64,000 nt of DNA from an uncultured Acetobacteraceae bacterium (GCA_964242335.1 CAXTAY010000003.1:105069-169068); one strand, 5' to 3'; shown: positions 37,020-46,799, numbered from the stretch's first letter. The notes: generated from the sequence alone by a model not told the origin. Made by a program: numbers and translations.

Positions 37020-37065
37020 CCGGGTCCGCCCGCGCTTCCGTGCCCGGGTCCGCCCTCGCTTCCGT
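37020..37065 (+). repeat. 24-nt-period tandem duplication in a convergent intergenic region
   Basis: ccgggtccgcccgcgcttccgt (37020-37041), then gc, then ccgggtccgccctcgcttccgt (37044-37065). The two units are 21/22 identical. Confidence 0.85.
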
Positions 37066-37083
37066 CCTGGCGCGGCGTCGACG

Positions 37084-37326
37084 TCAGGAGAGCCGGTCGC
37101 CCTCGATGAGGATGCGCTCGTACAGCGCGTAGGCGGTCTTCACCCGCTCGTAGAACTCTTCCTCCTCGGCATCGTGGAGTGCGTCATCGACCAGGCGCGA
37201 CATGATCACGCCGATCCGCGACAGCTCCGTCTGCTCGAGCGTCCACACTGCCTCGCGCAGCATGCGCAGGCTCTTCTCCCGCCGCCGGGGAAAGGGGATG
37301 ACGTTGAGACCGGTGAAAGCCGACAT
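37084..37326 (-). CDS. Hypothetical protein (80 aa)
   Basis: ORF 37084..37326. The composition is protein-like (acidic, helical). No family was recognised. Confidence 0.4.
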   Translation of the reverse strand: MSAFTGLNVIPFPRRREKSLRMLREAVWTLEQTELSRIGVIMSRLVDDALHDAEEEEFYERVKTAYALYERILIEGDRLS

Positions 37327-37376
37327 GATGCACTTCCTCTCTCAGTGCATCATCGGCCATAGTCGTTGAAAGCTGG

Positions 37377-38192
37377 TTAAGGCTGCGCCTGCGGATAAAT
37401 ATTCTCGCCAGCCGCCTGCCCCGGCGGCTCGACACGCGGCGTGCGGCGTGCGGCGAACCCCGCGAAGGCTGCACGTGCCTCGTGGCTCGCCAGCTGTCGG
37501 TGGAAGATTTCGCTCTCGACCGCCAGCCGTGCGGCGATCGCGTCGCGGTCGCGCATCAGGCGTTTCGTCGCGCGGACCGCCTCCGGCGCCTTCGCGGCGA
37601 GCGCGCACGCCGCCGCCCGCGCGTGCGGCAGCAGTTCCGCCTGCGCGAGCACGCGATTCGCCAGTCCGAGTGTCAGCGCATCGTGCGCCGACAGGCTTTC
37701 GCCCAGCGCGAACATCGCGAAAGCGCGTGCATGACCGATCCGGGCGGGAAGCAGCAGGCTCGACGCCGCCTCCGGCACCAGGGCGAGGTCGACGAACGGC
37801 GTGGAAAGGATCGCGGTCTCGCTCAGGTAGACGAGGTCGCAGTGCAGCAGCAGCGTCGTCCCCACCCCGACCGCAGGCCCTTCGACCGCGGCGACGACCG
37901 GGCGGTCCAGCCGGCTCAGGGCGTCGAGGAACCGGTGGACCTGCAGGTCGGCGCGCTTCAGCTCGCCGCTCGCGATGCGGACGAAGTCGCCCACGTCGTT
38001 TCCCGCCGTGAACGCGCCGCCGTTTCCCGTGATCAGGACGCAGCGCACGGCCTCCTCGGCCGCCGCGCGTTCCAGCGCATCCGCCATCGCGCCGTACATC
38101 GCATTCGTCAGCGCGTTCCGCTTGTCCGGCCGGTCGAGGCAGATCGAGAGCACGCCGTCCTGCAGCGAGACCGCTAGAAAATCCGTCGCCAT
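37377..38192 (-). CDS. Enoyl-CoA hydratase/isomerase family protein
   Basis: ATG at 38192 (MATDFLAVSLQDGVLSICLDRPDKRNAL) within ORF 37377..39095. The crotonase block is AAVEGPAVGVGTTLLLHCD. A TGATG overlap links it to the upstream gene. Confidence 0.88.
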   Translation of the reverse strand: MATDFLAVSLQDGVLSICLDRPDKRNALTNAMYGAMADALERAAAEEAVRCVLITGNGGAFTAGNDVGDFVRIASGELKRADLQVHRFLDALSRLDRPVVAAVEGPAVGVGTTLLLHCDLVYLSETAILSTPFVDLALVPEAASSLLLPARIGHARAFAMFALGESLSAHDALTLGLANRVLAQAELLPHARAAACALAAKAPEAVRATKRLMRDRDAIAARLAVESEIFHRQLASHEARAAFAGFAARRTPRVEPPGQAAGENIYPQAQP

Positions 38193-39190
38193 CAGGACCC
38201 TCGACCCCGCCTCGGTGCGCCCGCCAGGGTCTCGACCATGGCGGCGCGGGCCTGGTCGTATTCGACCGAGAAGCGCTCGATCAGGGCGGAGGCGCCGAGC
38301 ACGCGATCGATCGCCCCGATCCCCTGCCCGCAGCCCCAGATATCCTTCCACGCCTTCGCGGCCCCGAGGTCTCCCGATCCGAAATCCATCTTCGAGGGGT
38401 CCGACACCGGCAGGTTGTCGGGGTCGAGGCCGGCGGCCTGGATCGACGAGCGCAGGTAGTTGCCGTGAACGCCGGTGAAGAGGTTGGTGTAGACGATGTC
38501 GGACGCGCCGCTGGCGACGATCATCGCCTTGTGCGCCTGCACGGCATTCGCCTCCAGCGTCGGGATGAAGGCCGAGCCGATATAGGCGAGATCGGCACCG
38601 AGCGCCTGCGCCGCCAGGATCGACCATCCCGAGGAGATCGCCCCCGAGAGCACCAGGCAGCCGCCAAACCAGGCGCGTATCTCCCGCACCAGCGCGAACG
38701 GCGACAGCGTCCCGGCATGACCACCGGCGCCGGCGGCCACCGCGATCAGCCCGTCCGCTCCCTTCTCCACCGCCTTCCTGGCGAAACGATCGTCGATGAT
38801 GTCGTGCAGCGTCAGGCCGCCCCAGCCATGCACGGCGTCGTTGAGCTCCGCCCTCGCTCCCAGCGAGGTGATGATCAGCGGCACCTTGTGCTTGGCGCAG
38901 AGTGCGATGTCCTGGTCGAGCCGGAGGTTCGACTTGTGCACGATCTGGTTGACCGCGAACGGCGCCGACGGCGCATCCGGGTTGGCGCGGTCGAACGCGG
39001 CCAGCTCCTCGGTGATCCGCGCCAGCCACTCGTCCAGGAGCGAGAGCGGGCGTGCATTCAGCGCCGGAAAGGAGCCGACGATTCCCGCCTTGCACTGCGC
39101 CAGCACGAGGTCCGGATTCGAGATGATGAAGAGCGGCGCAGCGATCACCGGCAGTCGCAGCCGGTCACGCAGCAGGTCGGGCAGGCTCAA
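38192..39190 (-). CDS. Nitronate monooxygenase (2-nitropropane dioxygenase family)
   Basis: ORF 38192..39271. The conserved start LLRDRLRLPVIAAPLF and the block AAGAGGHAG are typical of NMO. I prefer the TTG at 39190 as the start; the ATG at 39271 is the alternative. Confidence 0.85.
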   Translation of the reverse strand: MSLPDLLRDRLRLPVIAAPLFIISNPDLVLAQCKAGIVGSFPALNARPLSLLDEWLARITEELAAFDRANPDAPSAPFAVNQIVHKSNLRLDQDIALCAKHKVPLIITSLGARAELNDAVHGWGGLTLHDIIDDRFARKAVEKGADGLIAVAAGAGGHAGTLSPFALVREIRAWFGGCLVLSGAISSGWSILAAQALGADLAYIGSAFIPTLEANAVQAHKAMIVASGASDIVYTNLFTGVHGNYLRSSIQAAGLDPDNLPVSDPSKMDFGSGDLGAAKAWKDIWGCGQGIGAIDRVLGASALIERFSVEYDQARAAMVETLAGAPRRGRGS

Positions 39191-39433
39191 GCGCGTCGAT
39201 CTCCCCGGATCGGCGGCCCGGAGGCGACCACCCCCGGCACCGCCTTGCAGGCTGCGTGCGCAGCAGAGCATGCGCGCTGCCCGATGTCACCCGGTGCGCG
39301 GACGCCCCTGCGATGGGCATCACACCGTCCCGTTCCGGAACTATGCGTCGCGCTGCCTGTTGCGTCGCGACCATGCTCCCGGACGCCGCCGTCGCCGCGG
39401 CGGAGCGAGCGCGGCGTGAGGACGGAAGCTTCG

Positions 39434-41155
39434 ATGACGAGGCGCGATGCGTTCGGCCTGCTCGCCGGCGGTCTCCTGACCGGGTGCGCGGTCGCCACGC
39501 GGACCGCGGCACCCGCGCCGTTGCAGCGCGGCGCGCTGGCACAATGGTGTCGCGCCTCCGAGGGCACGATCATCGACGCGGATGGAGGCGTATCGGTTTG
39601 GAGGGACCTCAGCGGCCAGGACAATCATCTCACGCAGGCAGTCCCGCGAAACCGGCCGACCATCGCGAGTTCGGCGGTCAACGGTGAGCCGGCACTCTCG
39701 TTCGACGGCGCGGACCAGTTCCTCGACAATCCCTATCTCGGCGAGCCGCGCTGCGAGATCATCGTTGCCCGGCTGCGCCACGGTGCCACCGGTCTGCCCG
39801 TGTTCCACGTCCTGATCGGCGCCGACGGACCCGCCGGCGTGCAGCTCGGCGCCTACTATTTCCAGGCGATGGTCGCGTCGAGCGACTTCGACCGTCGTCT
39901 GGCCTATGTCCGGCCGACCGTGGAGGAGATCGTGAGCCCGCTCGATCAGCGCGATTTCGCGGTGCGGGCGGAGAGCCAGCCGGTCATCGATGCGTGGGGC
40001 ATCTTCGCGGTGCGCAACGACGGCGACACGGTGCGGCTCTACAAGTCCGGCCTGCGGTGCGGGCAGCCGGTGGCGGTCGGCGCGGTCGCCTCGCAGCCGA
40101 TCCTGCGCGCCACCGTCGGGTGCGGCTTCTACGGCAACCAGCCCACCGACTTCGCGCCCATCGACGTCGCCGAGAAGATCAGCTTCAGCGCCGACCTCTC
40201 CGACGCAGAGTTCCTCGATGTGATCGGGTATCTGCGTCGGCGCTACGATCTGGGACTGTCCGCCGGCAGCGGCGATTTCATCTGGCCGGTGTTCCAGGCG
40301 GACGGAGGCGACGAACGCGGCTCGAACGACAATCTGGTGCTGTTGCAGGGCGACGGCGAGACCTTCCGCTACCGCCCGTCGCACTACCTGCCCGCCCGCG
40401 GCGTGTGCGTACGCGATCCCAGCATGGCGGCGTGGAACGGCATGACACTGCTGGCACACACGCTCTGGAGCGCCAGCGGCTCACCCGCCGCCTTCGCGCT
40501 CGCGGTCAGCCGGGATGGCCTGGGCAGCTTCTCGCACCTCGCGACGGTGCAGGTTGGTGCGGCGGTCGCGGACGCGCCGCACGGCCAATGCTGGGCGCCG
40601 GAGTTCGTGCGTAACCGCGACAACTCGACCTACCTGCTGGACGGGCGCCCGGTGGTGCTGTGCAACGTCTCGCCGGGACCGCCGTCGGGGGATAACGAGG
40701 TTGCCGGCATGCGGTACTGCCTGTTCACCCCGTCGGGCGAGGATCTCGCCGCGCCCTGGACGTCGCTCGGCCGGCTGCCTGGCCTGCCACCCAACATCAT
40801 CGACGGGTTCCTACTGTTCGATGCGGTCGAGCAAACCTGGTTCGCGTCGGTGACGCCTTGCAATCCGCCGCAGCGGGTGCGGCTCTACCGGGCGGACAGC
40901 ATGCTCGGCGCCTACCTGCCGCTCGGCGGCGGCGATGCCCTGGGCGATGTGTCCTACGAGGGCACGTCGATCCTTCGCCTCAGCGACGGGTCCGAACGCT
41001 ACTTCCTCGACGCGCGCGGCGGCGGCTACTTCATCTCCGACAACCCGGGCGGCCTGCTGTCCGGCCGGTGGAGCACACCCCGGCCGGTGGTGACGCCGTT
41101 CATGCCGCAGCACGGCACGCCGTTGCCCGCGCCGGCGGACAGCGCCACGTTATGA
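39434..41155 (+). CDS. Tat-signal lipoprotein of unknown function (LamG/ConA-like N-domain plus possible beta-propeller C-domain)
   Basis: ATG at 39434 within ORF 38465..41155. The start MTRRDAFGLLAGGLLTGCAV has a twin-arginine motif and an LTGC lipobox. The N-domain pattern (VWRDLSGQDNHLTQ...NGEPALSFDGADQFL) is LamG-like. The domain assignments are inference. Confidence 0.65.
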   Translation: MTRRDAFGLLAGGLLTGCAVATRTAAPAPLQRGALAQWCRASEGTIIDADGGVSVWRDLSGQDNHLTQAVPRNRPTIASSAVNGEPALSFDGADQFLDNPYLGEPRCEIIVARLRHGATGLPVFHVLIGADGPAGVQLGAYYFQAMVASSDFDRRLAYVRPTVEEIVSPLDQRDFAVRAESQPVIDAWGIFAVRNDGDTVRLYKSGLRCGQPVAVGAVASQPILRATVGCGFYGNQPTDFAPIDVAEKISFSADLSDAEFLDVIGYLRRRYDLGLSAGSGDFIWPVFQADGGDERGSNDNLVLLQGDGETFRYRPSHYLPARGVCVRDPSMAAWNGMTLLAHTLWSASGSPAAFALAVSRDGLGSFSHLATVQVGAAVADAPHGQCWAPEFVRNRDNSTYLLDGRPVVLCNVSPGPPSGDNEVAGMRYCLFTPSGEDLAAPWTSLGRLPGLPPNIIDGFLLFDAVEQTWFASVTPCNPPQRVRLYRADSMLGAYLPLGGGDALGDVSYEGTSILRLSDGSERYFLDARGGGYFISDNPGGLLSGRWSTPRPVVTPFMPQHGTPLPAPADSATL

Positions 41156-41306
41156 GCCCGTCGCGGACGCTGGCCGAGGACGCAGAACCGACGGCTCGCC
41201 GCCGTCATGGCCGTCGGGAGGAAAGCTCTGGTCGCGCGTCGACTGCCCTGCGAGGGTATCGCCGCAGGCGGCCGCGCCATCCTGCCGCCTGATCGGAGAC
41301 CGGAGC

Positions 41307-42293
41307 ATGACCGCCCCCGCCATCGTCACCGTGACCCTCAATCCGGCGATCGACCAGACCGTGCATCTGAAGGAGCTGATCCCCGGCACCGTGCATCGCG
41401 CCCTGCATGCCGAGCAGCAGGCCGGCGGCAAGGGCGTCAACGTCGCGGGCTGCCTGTCGGATTGGCGTCGCTCCGACGAACCGCCGATCATCGCGACCGG
41501 GTTCCTTGGCCGGATCAACGCACCCACCTTCCAGTCCTTCTTCGACAGCAAAGGCATCATCGACCGCTTCGTTCGCCTGCCCGGCCAGACCCGGCGCAAC
41601 ATCAAGCTGCTGGACGAGACGACGGACGATACCACCGACATCAACCTGCCCGGCCTGGTGCCGCAGCCGGCGCATCTCGACGAGCTTCGTGCGCTGCTGG
41701 GCGCGGAGACGCAGCCGGGCAGCACCGTCATACTGTCCGGAAGTCTGCCGCCGGGAGTGCCGGATGCCACCTACAGGGTTCTCGTCGGGCTGCTCAACAG
41801 CCGCGGTGCCCGGGTGGTGCTGGATACCAGCGGTCTGCCGTTCCGCGAGGCGCTCGCGGCTCCTGCCGATGCGCTGCCCTGGGCGATCAAGCCGAACCAG
41901 CAGGAGCTCGAAGAGTGGGCCGGTAAGCCGTTCGGCGATCTGGCGGAGATGGTGCAGGCGGCGCTGATGCTGTGCCGGCGCGGCATCGGGCTCGTGATCG
42001 TGTCGCAGGGCGCCGAGGGCGCGCTGTTCGTCAGCGAACGCAGCGTGCTCCTCGGCCGTCCGCCGCTGCTCAAGGTGACCAGCACCGTCGGCGCGGGCGA
42101 CGCGCTGGTGGCGGGCGCGGTCTCGGCGATGCGGGAGAAGGCGGATCCGGCGCGGCTGGTCCGGATGTCGCTCGCCTTCGCGACCGCGAAACTCGCGCAG
42201 CGCGGCCCGAACCTGCCCAACCGCGATGCCGTGCTGGCGCACATGGAGAGCATGAACATCGAATGGCTGAAGGCCGACGGCGCGCGACCCTAG
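41307..42293 (+). CDS. 1-Phosphofructokinase-family hexose-phosphate kinase (PfkB family)
   Basis: ORF 41307..42293. The start VTLNPAIDQT, plus GGKGVNVA and the C-terminal GAGDALVAG, are FruK/LacC-subfamily hallmarks. Confidence 0.85.
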   Translation: MTAPAIVTVTLNPAIDQTVHLKELIPGTVHRALHAEQQAGGKGVNVAGCLSDWRRSDEPPIIATGFLGRINAPTFQSFFDSKGIIDRFVRLPGQTRRNIKLLDETTDDTTDINLPGLVPQPAHLDELRALLGAETQPGSTVILSGSLPPGVPDATYRVLVGLLNSRGARVVLDTSGLPFREALAAPADALPWAIKPNQQELEEWAGKPFGDLAEMVQAALMLCRRGIGLVIVSQGAEGALFVSERSVLLGRPPLLKVTSTVGAGDALVAGAVSAMREKADPARLVRMSLAFATAKLAQRGPNLPNRDAVLAHMESMNIEWLKADGARP

Positions 42294-42400
42294 CGGACGG
42301 CCGCGCCTCGGGTCGCCACCCGCAGATCCGCATGGTGCGGTGCGCCGCGCGCTGCTAGAGCTTTCGGCATCAGGCAGCGGCGGTCCAGGCGGGCGAAGAC

Positions 42401-42598
42401 GTGAGCGATGATCTGCCGGAGCGGCCCCGGACGAGGCTGAACATTCTTCCGCTCGATGGCCTTGGCGTGGCCGAACTCCACGCCTACATCGGTGATCTGC
42501 AACGCGAGATCGAACGGGCCCACGCCACGATCCGTCGCAAGCAGGATCACCTGGGAGCGGCCGACAGGATCTTTGGAAAGCCTCAGCAGCCTGGATAG
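42401..42598 (+). CDS. DUF1192 family protein
   Basis: ORF 42401..42598 with a GTG start. LPLDGLGVAELHAYIGDLQREIERAHATIRRKQ matches the DUF1192 pattern (L..LSV.EL..RI..L..EI.R). Confidence 0.7.
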   Translation: MSDDLPERPRTRLNILPLDGLGVAELHAYIGDLQREIERAHATIRRKQDHLGAADRIFGKPQQPG

Positions 42599-43154
42599 GC
42601 TCTCGGGCGCGTAGCCGCTCGCGTCGCGACCGACGGATCGCATATCCCCACGGCGCTCGATCAGGCCGCCTACCGCACCTGGGATGGCAGCAACCCTCGC
42701 GCCGGTTTCGTCGGCGGCGATCCGGCTGCGTGACGCGTCTCATCGTGGCGCCGAATACTTAACAACTGAATAAGCATTCTTTAGCCAGACTGAAGGCACA
42801 TCTGTCCCGTCGGGCAGTTAGGGCAACAGTGTCTGGTGCATCGATGTAACAGTTCTGGTCGCTGTCGCGTGATCATCAAGCTTACGTGTGTTTCGGTTTG
42901 TTGCAGTGCAGGAGAGGAACCATCGGGCTCACTCCCCAGGCTAGCCAGGCGGTCCGGATCGGCGATCCGCGAACCGTGTCGGAAAAGACACAGAAGACCA
43001 GGCACGTCATCGGAACCGATCATGCTCCCTACACTGCCGATCCCGATCGGAGTTATACTTGGTGACCGGCCACCCACCTCCGAACCGTTATTGCAGTGGC
43101 GATAGCGGGACGATCGGTGCGATGCGGGCAAACTTGTCCTACAGGAGAATCAGG

Positions 43155-43313
43155 GTGGTTCAGGCAATCGTGGAACAGCTGGCTTTGGTCGGGCTGCTGG
43201 GTCTGCTGGTGAAGCTGACGCTATGGGCGCAACCCGGCGCGGCGGAGGCCAGCGATCTGTGGGAGCGACAGGCGCTGCCCGCACTTCCATCCAACAAGGA
43301 TCAGTCGGAATAG
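43155..43313 (+). CDS. Candidate small hydrophobic protein (52 aa), unsupported by homology
   Basis: GTG at 43155 is preceded by AGGAGA at a 6-nt spacing, inside ORF 43059..43313. It encodes VVQAIVEQLALVGLLGLLVKLTLWAQP... The only evidence is the SD sequence and the hydrophobic segment. Confidence 0.25.
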   Translation: MVQAIVEQLALVGLLGLLVKLTLWAQPGAAEASDLWERQALPALPSNKDQSE

Positions 43314-44031
43314 CGGACGCAGCATGGCCGCCGACGCGCGACGGCCGACTGTCGACGCGTTGACCGGCGGCCGGGTCGCGTGCGGTGCGTACGGCGGTGC
43401 CGGCGCCCCGTCCCTGCGTGATGACGCGCCGACGCCGCAGGGTTCCTCAGCGATCGCATCGGGTGTCGCACGATCCTGGCGGCGGCATGCCTTGGAGATC
43501 CGGCCAGACGCCGCCTCACGCCGTCTGGCAGCGCGTCGGGCGTCGACGGTTTGATCGGACGCGGCCCGTTGCGCCCAGCTCGAACTCCTGAGTGGGCTCG
43601 CGCCGTCCGAAGCGCGCCAGCGGTTCTATGGCCGCACCACCCCGAGGCTGCGAGCACGGAGCCCGCTGGCCACCGTGAGCGTCGACCACGAACGCGTCCG
43701 AGCGTGCGCCGCCGGTCACCGACGTCAAATGCGTCGCGCAGGGCGATCCGACCGGTCCACGGCAAGGCAGCGGTTCCAGGAGGCGCGTGCTGCGCCGGGC
43801 GCACTCCCGCCTATCGGACGCGCCTAGCTCGCGGCATTCGCGCGACGCGAGATCATCTCTGAAAGGTGCCGAAGAACTACTCCGGATCATGGTTCCGGCG
43901 CGTAGTTCACACTTCAGGAGCCGAGGCGACCGGCCACCCACTCGCCGCTTCAGTATCCCACGGAAGCGGTTGAACCGGACGTGTGCCGGGCGTTTAGATG
44001 GCGGCGAACGACCCCGGAGACCGACGATGCG

Positions 44032-44205
44032 CTAGCGGATTGCGGCGATGAACGCGGCCTCGAGCAGGAACGTCCCGATGCTGCCTAGGACCGCGCCCGC
44101 GAACAACGCGATCAGCGTGTTGTAGCTCGACGTGGCATGTCGCCGGCCCGCCTCGCCGTAGGCCGAAATCATCCTACTGTCTTGCGCTGCATCGTAAATA
44201 GACAT
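44032..44205 (-). CDS. Candidate small tail-anchored membrane protein (57 aa), unsupported by homology
   Basis: ATG at 44205 within ORF 44032..44223, with a C-terminal TM segment LIALFAGAVLGSIGTFLLEAAFIAAI. It lies in a low-GC patch downstream of the TonB receptor. Confidence 0.25.
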   Translation of the reverse strand: MSIYDAAQDSRMISAYGEAGRRHATSSYNTLIALFAGAVLGSIGTFLLEAAFIAAIR

Positions 44206-44411
44206 TGTAACGAAATTCCCCAACAGGGACGGCTTGGCTGATTCATCAATACCAGCCTCTTACGTTTCCTATTGACAACTATATTCCCGCCATTCCCTGG
44301 CGAGCATTGAGAATTTGACGATCATGGTATGCAAATTCAGACAAGCTGACGGCCGGTCGCGCGCCGGCACGTCGGCCTGCCACCTCCGATCAGCCTGACC
44401 GGGATGCGCCG

Positions 44412-46799
44412 TCAGAAGCGCTTCATCAGGTTGAGCCCGATGGTCAGCGGACGCAGCGTGTAGCTCTGCACCACCGAGTTGATGATCGGCCGCTGGATGA
44501 TCGTCTTGTTGTCCAGCAGGTTCTGGACGTAGAGCGAACCCTGCCAGCCGCGCACCTCGACGCCGACGCTCGCATTGAGCACGCCGTACGCGGGATCACG
44601 GTAGTTCGGGTCCGTCACCACGAAGCTGCCGTTCGACGGCCCGACCCAGTCATAGTCCGCCTTGATGAAGCCGGTGATGTTGCGGGTGAGCTCGTGGTAG
44701 TAGTCCGCGATCGCGGCCGCACTCCATGATGGGGTGAACAGCACGTTCTCGCCGACCGCGGCGGTCTGCGCGTTGATCGTGCTGGTGATGGTCGCGTGTT
44801 CCGCCCCGACATTGATGCCCAGCGTCAGGCCGGGCAGCAGCGGAGGCCGGTAGCGGGTCTCGACCTCGCCGCCATAGGCCGCCGCGTCACCGACATTGTA
44901 GTTGAAGGCGCCGCCGCAGATCGGGATCGTGATCGTCTGCTGGATGCGCGACCAGTCGATGTAGTAGCCGGCGACGTTGACCGACAGCGTCCGGTTCAGC
45001 AGCAGCGCCTTCGAGCCGGCCTCGTAGCTCCAGAGCTGGTCCGAACCGTAGGTGGTCGGCGCGTCCTGGAAACCGATCTGGTTCAGCCCTTCGACGCAGG
45101 CGATGTTGGTGTTGGGTGTGGTGGCGCCGCCCAGGCGGAAGCCCTTGGCGATCGTCGCATAGACGGTCGCGGTCTTGCCCAGGTCGTAGGTCGCGGTGAA
45201 TTTGGGGGTGGGTGCGGTAAAGCTGGCGGATTGCCGGTACGGCGTCCCGTTGGTGCCGGCATTGCCGAGCTCGAAGAAGCCGGCGCCGGTCTCGGAGAAG
45301 GTCTCGTGCGCCGACACGTAGCGCTCGCCGAACCCGAGATGCAGCCGCGGGGTCAGGTCGTAATTGACCTGGCCGAAGCCCGCGTACTGGGTAATGTCGT
45401 TATGGTCGTAGACCGTCCACACCAGGTCGTTGTTCCACAGTCCGGGGTTGCCGGGCTCGCCGAGCACGGAGTCGTTGATGTTGAAGCCGTAGATCTGCTG
45501 GAAGTCGTTGCTGAACCCCGGGATCGGTTCGTAATCGAGATGGCTCCACTTCTGGTCCGAATAGAAGAAGCCGAGCACCCAGCGCAGCCGCTGATCGTCG
45601 TGCGACGCCAGCCGCACCTCCTGCGTCACGGTCTTGAAGCGGTCGGTGAACAGCACCGGCGACGGCACGTTGGCGAGGATGTTGTCGTTCTGCCGCTGGT
45701 GCTGCGGATAGGCCGGATCGAGGAAGAACTGAGCGATCGCGGCACTGTTGAAGAAGGTGCCGTCCGCCTGCCGGTCCACGTCGCGCTGGAAGAAGCTGGT
45801 GATCGAGGTCAGCTCGGCGAAGCCGAAGATCCCTTTCTTGATCGTGACGCTCGGGATGTACATCTTGTCGCTGATGAATTCGCGCACCTGCTTGTTCTGG
45901 TTGTACAGCCCGAGATCCTCGAAGAAGTTGGGCGAGTCTCCGGTGTATAGGTCCTGGAAGAAGAAGGACGGCGTGATGGTGAAGTCGGGCGTCAGCTGGA
46001 GCCTGCCGGTGATGCGGACGACGCCGGTGCGCTCGTAGTTGGTGCCGCTCTTGCGCGGACCGTCCTCGAGCGTCTCGTTGTCGATCCAGCCGCTGTTGTC
46101 GAGGAACTCGCCGGCGATGCGCAGGGCGAACACGTCCTTGACCACCGGGACGTTGACGGTGACCTGCTGGTCGGTGTTGACGCCGCCGTGCACGGTGCCG
46201 GACACGTCGGAGTTGACGTACGCGCCGTACTTCTCGAGGTCGGGTTGGTTGGTGATGAAGCGGATCGTGCCGCCTTCGGAACTGGCGCCATAAAGGGTGC
46301 CCTGCGGCCCGCGCAGTACCTCGACCCGATCGAGATCGAGGATGCGCGGCTGTGCCGCACCCTGATAGCCGTTCTGCGTGATGATCGGCACCTCATCCAT
46401 GTAGATGCCGACCGTGGGATTGCCGACCGTCGAGCTGACGCCGCGTATCGAGATGTTGTCCTGCCCGGGTCCGTTGTGCGCCGCGAACGAGACGCCCGGC
46501 AACACGCGCGTGATATCCTCGTAACTCTCGATGTGGTGGTCGAGCAGCTCCTTGCCGCTGATCACGCCGACGCTGCCGGGCACCTTGCGGGAGTTCTCGC
46601 TGCGCTTGTTGGCGGTGACGACGACCTCTTCGAGCTGTGCCGGCCGCTTGTAGCCGGACTTGCTCTTGGTCGCCGGTGCGACGCCAGTCGGCGGAACGCC
46701 GATGACGTCCTTGTCCTGAGCCCGCGCGAGGCCCGCGGGGGTGACACAGAGAAGGGTGACCGGGCCGAGAATCCCCAAGGTCCTGCCGAAAAATGCCAA
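44412..46799 (-). CDS. TonB-dependent outer-membrane receptor
   Basis: ORF 44412..46799, 795 aa. It has a signal peptide, a plug domain (VVVTANKRSEN...VPGSVGVISGKEL...ISIRGVSS), a beta-barrel body and a terminal aromatic residue (LMKRF). Confidence 0.92.
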   Translation of the reverse strand: MAFFGRTLGILGPVTLLCVTPAGLARAQDKDVIGVPPTGVAPATKSKSGYKRPAQLEEVVVTANKRSENSRKVPGSVGVISGKELLDHHIESYEDITRVLPGVSFAAHNGPGQDNISIRGVSSTVGNPTVGIYMDEVPIITQNGYQGAAQPRILDLDRVEVLRGPQGTLYGASSEGGTIRFITNQPDLEKYGAYVNSDVSGTVHGGVNTDQQVTVNVPVVKDVFALRIAGEFLDNSGWIDNETLEDGPRKSGTNYERTGVVRITGRLQLTPDFTITPSFFFQDLYTGDSPNFFEDLGLYNQNKQVREFISDKMYIPSVTIKKGIFGFAELTSITSFFQRDVDRQADGTFFNSAAIAQFFLDPAYPQHQRQNDNILANVPSPVLFTDRFKTVTQEVRLASHDDQRLRWVLGFFYSDQKWSHLDYEPIPGFSNDFQQIYGFNINDSVLGEPGNPGLWNNDLVWTVYDHNDITQYAGFGQVNYDLTPRLHLGFGERYVSAHETFSETGAGFFELGNAGTNGTPYRQSASFTAPTPKFTATYDLGKTATVYATIAKGFRLGGATTPNTNIACVEGLNQIGFQDAPTTYGSDQLWSYEAGSKALLLNRTLSVNVAGYYIDWSRIQQTITIPICGGAFNYNVGDAAAYGGEVETRYRPPLLPGLTLGINVGAEHATITSTINAQTAAVGENVLFTPSWSAAAIADYYHELTRNITGFIKADYDWVGPSNGSFVVTDPNYRDPAYGVLNASVGVEVRGWQGSLYVQNLLDNKTIIQRPIINSVVQSYTLRPLTIGLNLMKRF

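Noticed and set aside
42290-42643. A 117-aa minus-strand ORF antisense to the DUF1192 gene.
   Set aside because: It fully overlaps a gene with a recognisable family signature on the other strand, and its translation has no recognisable features.
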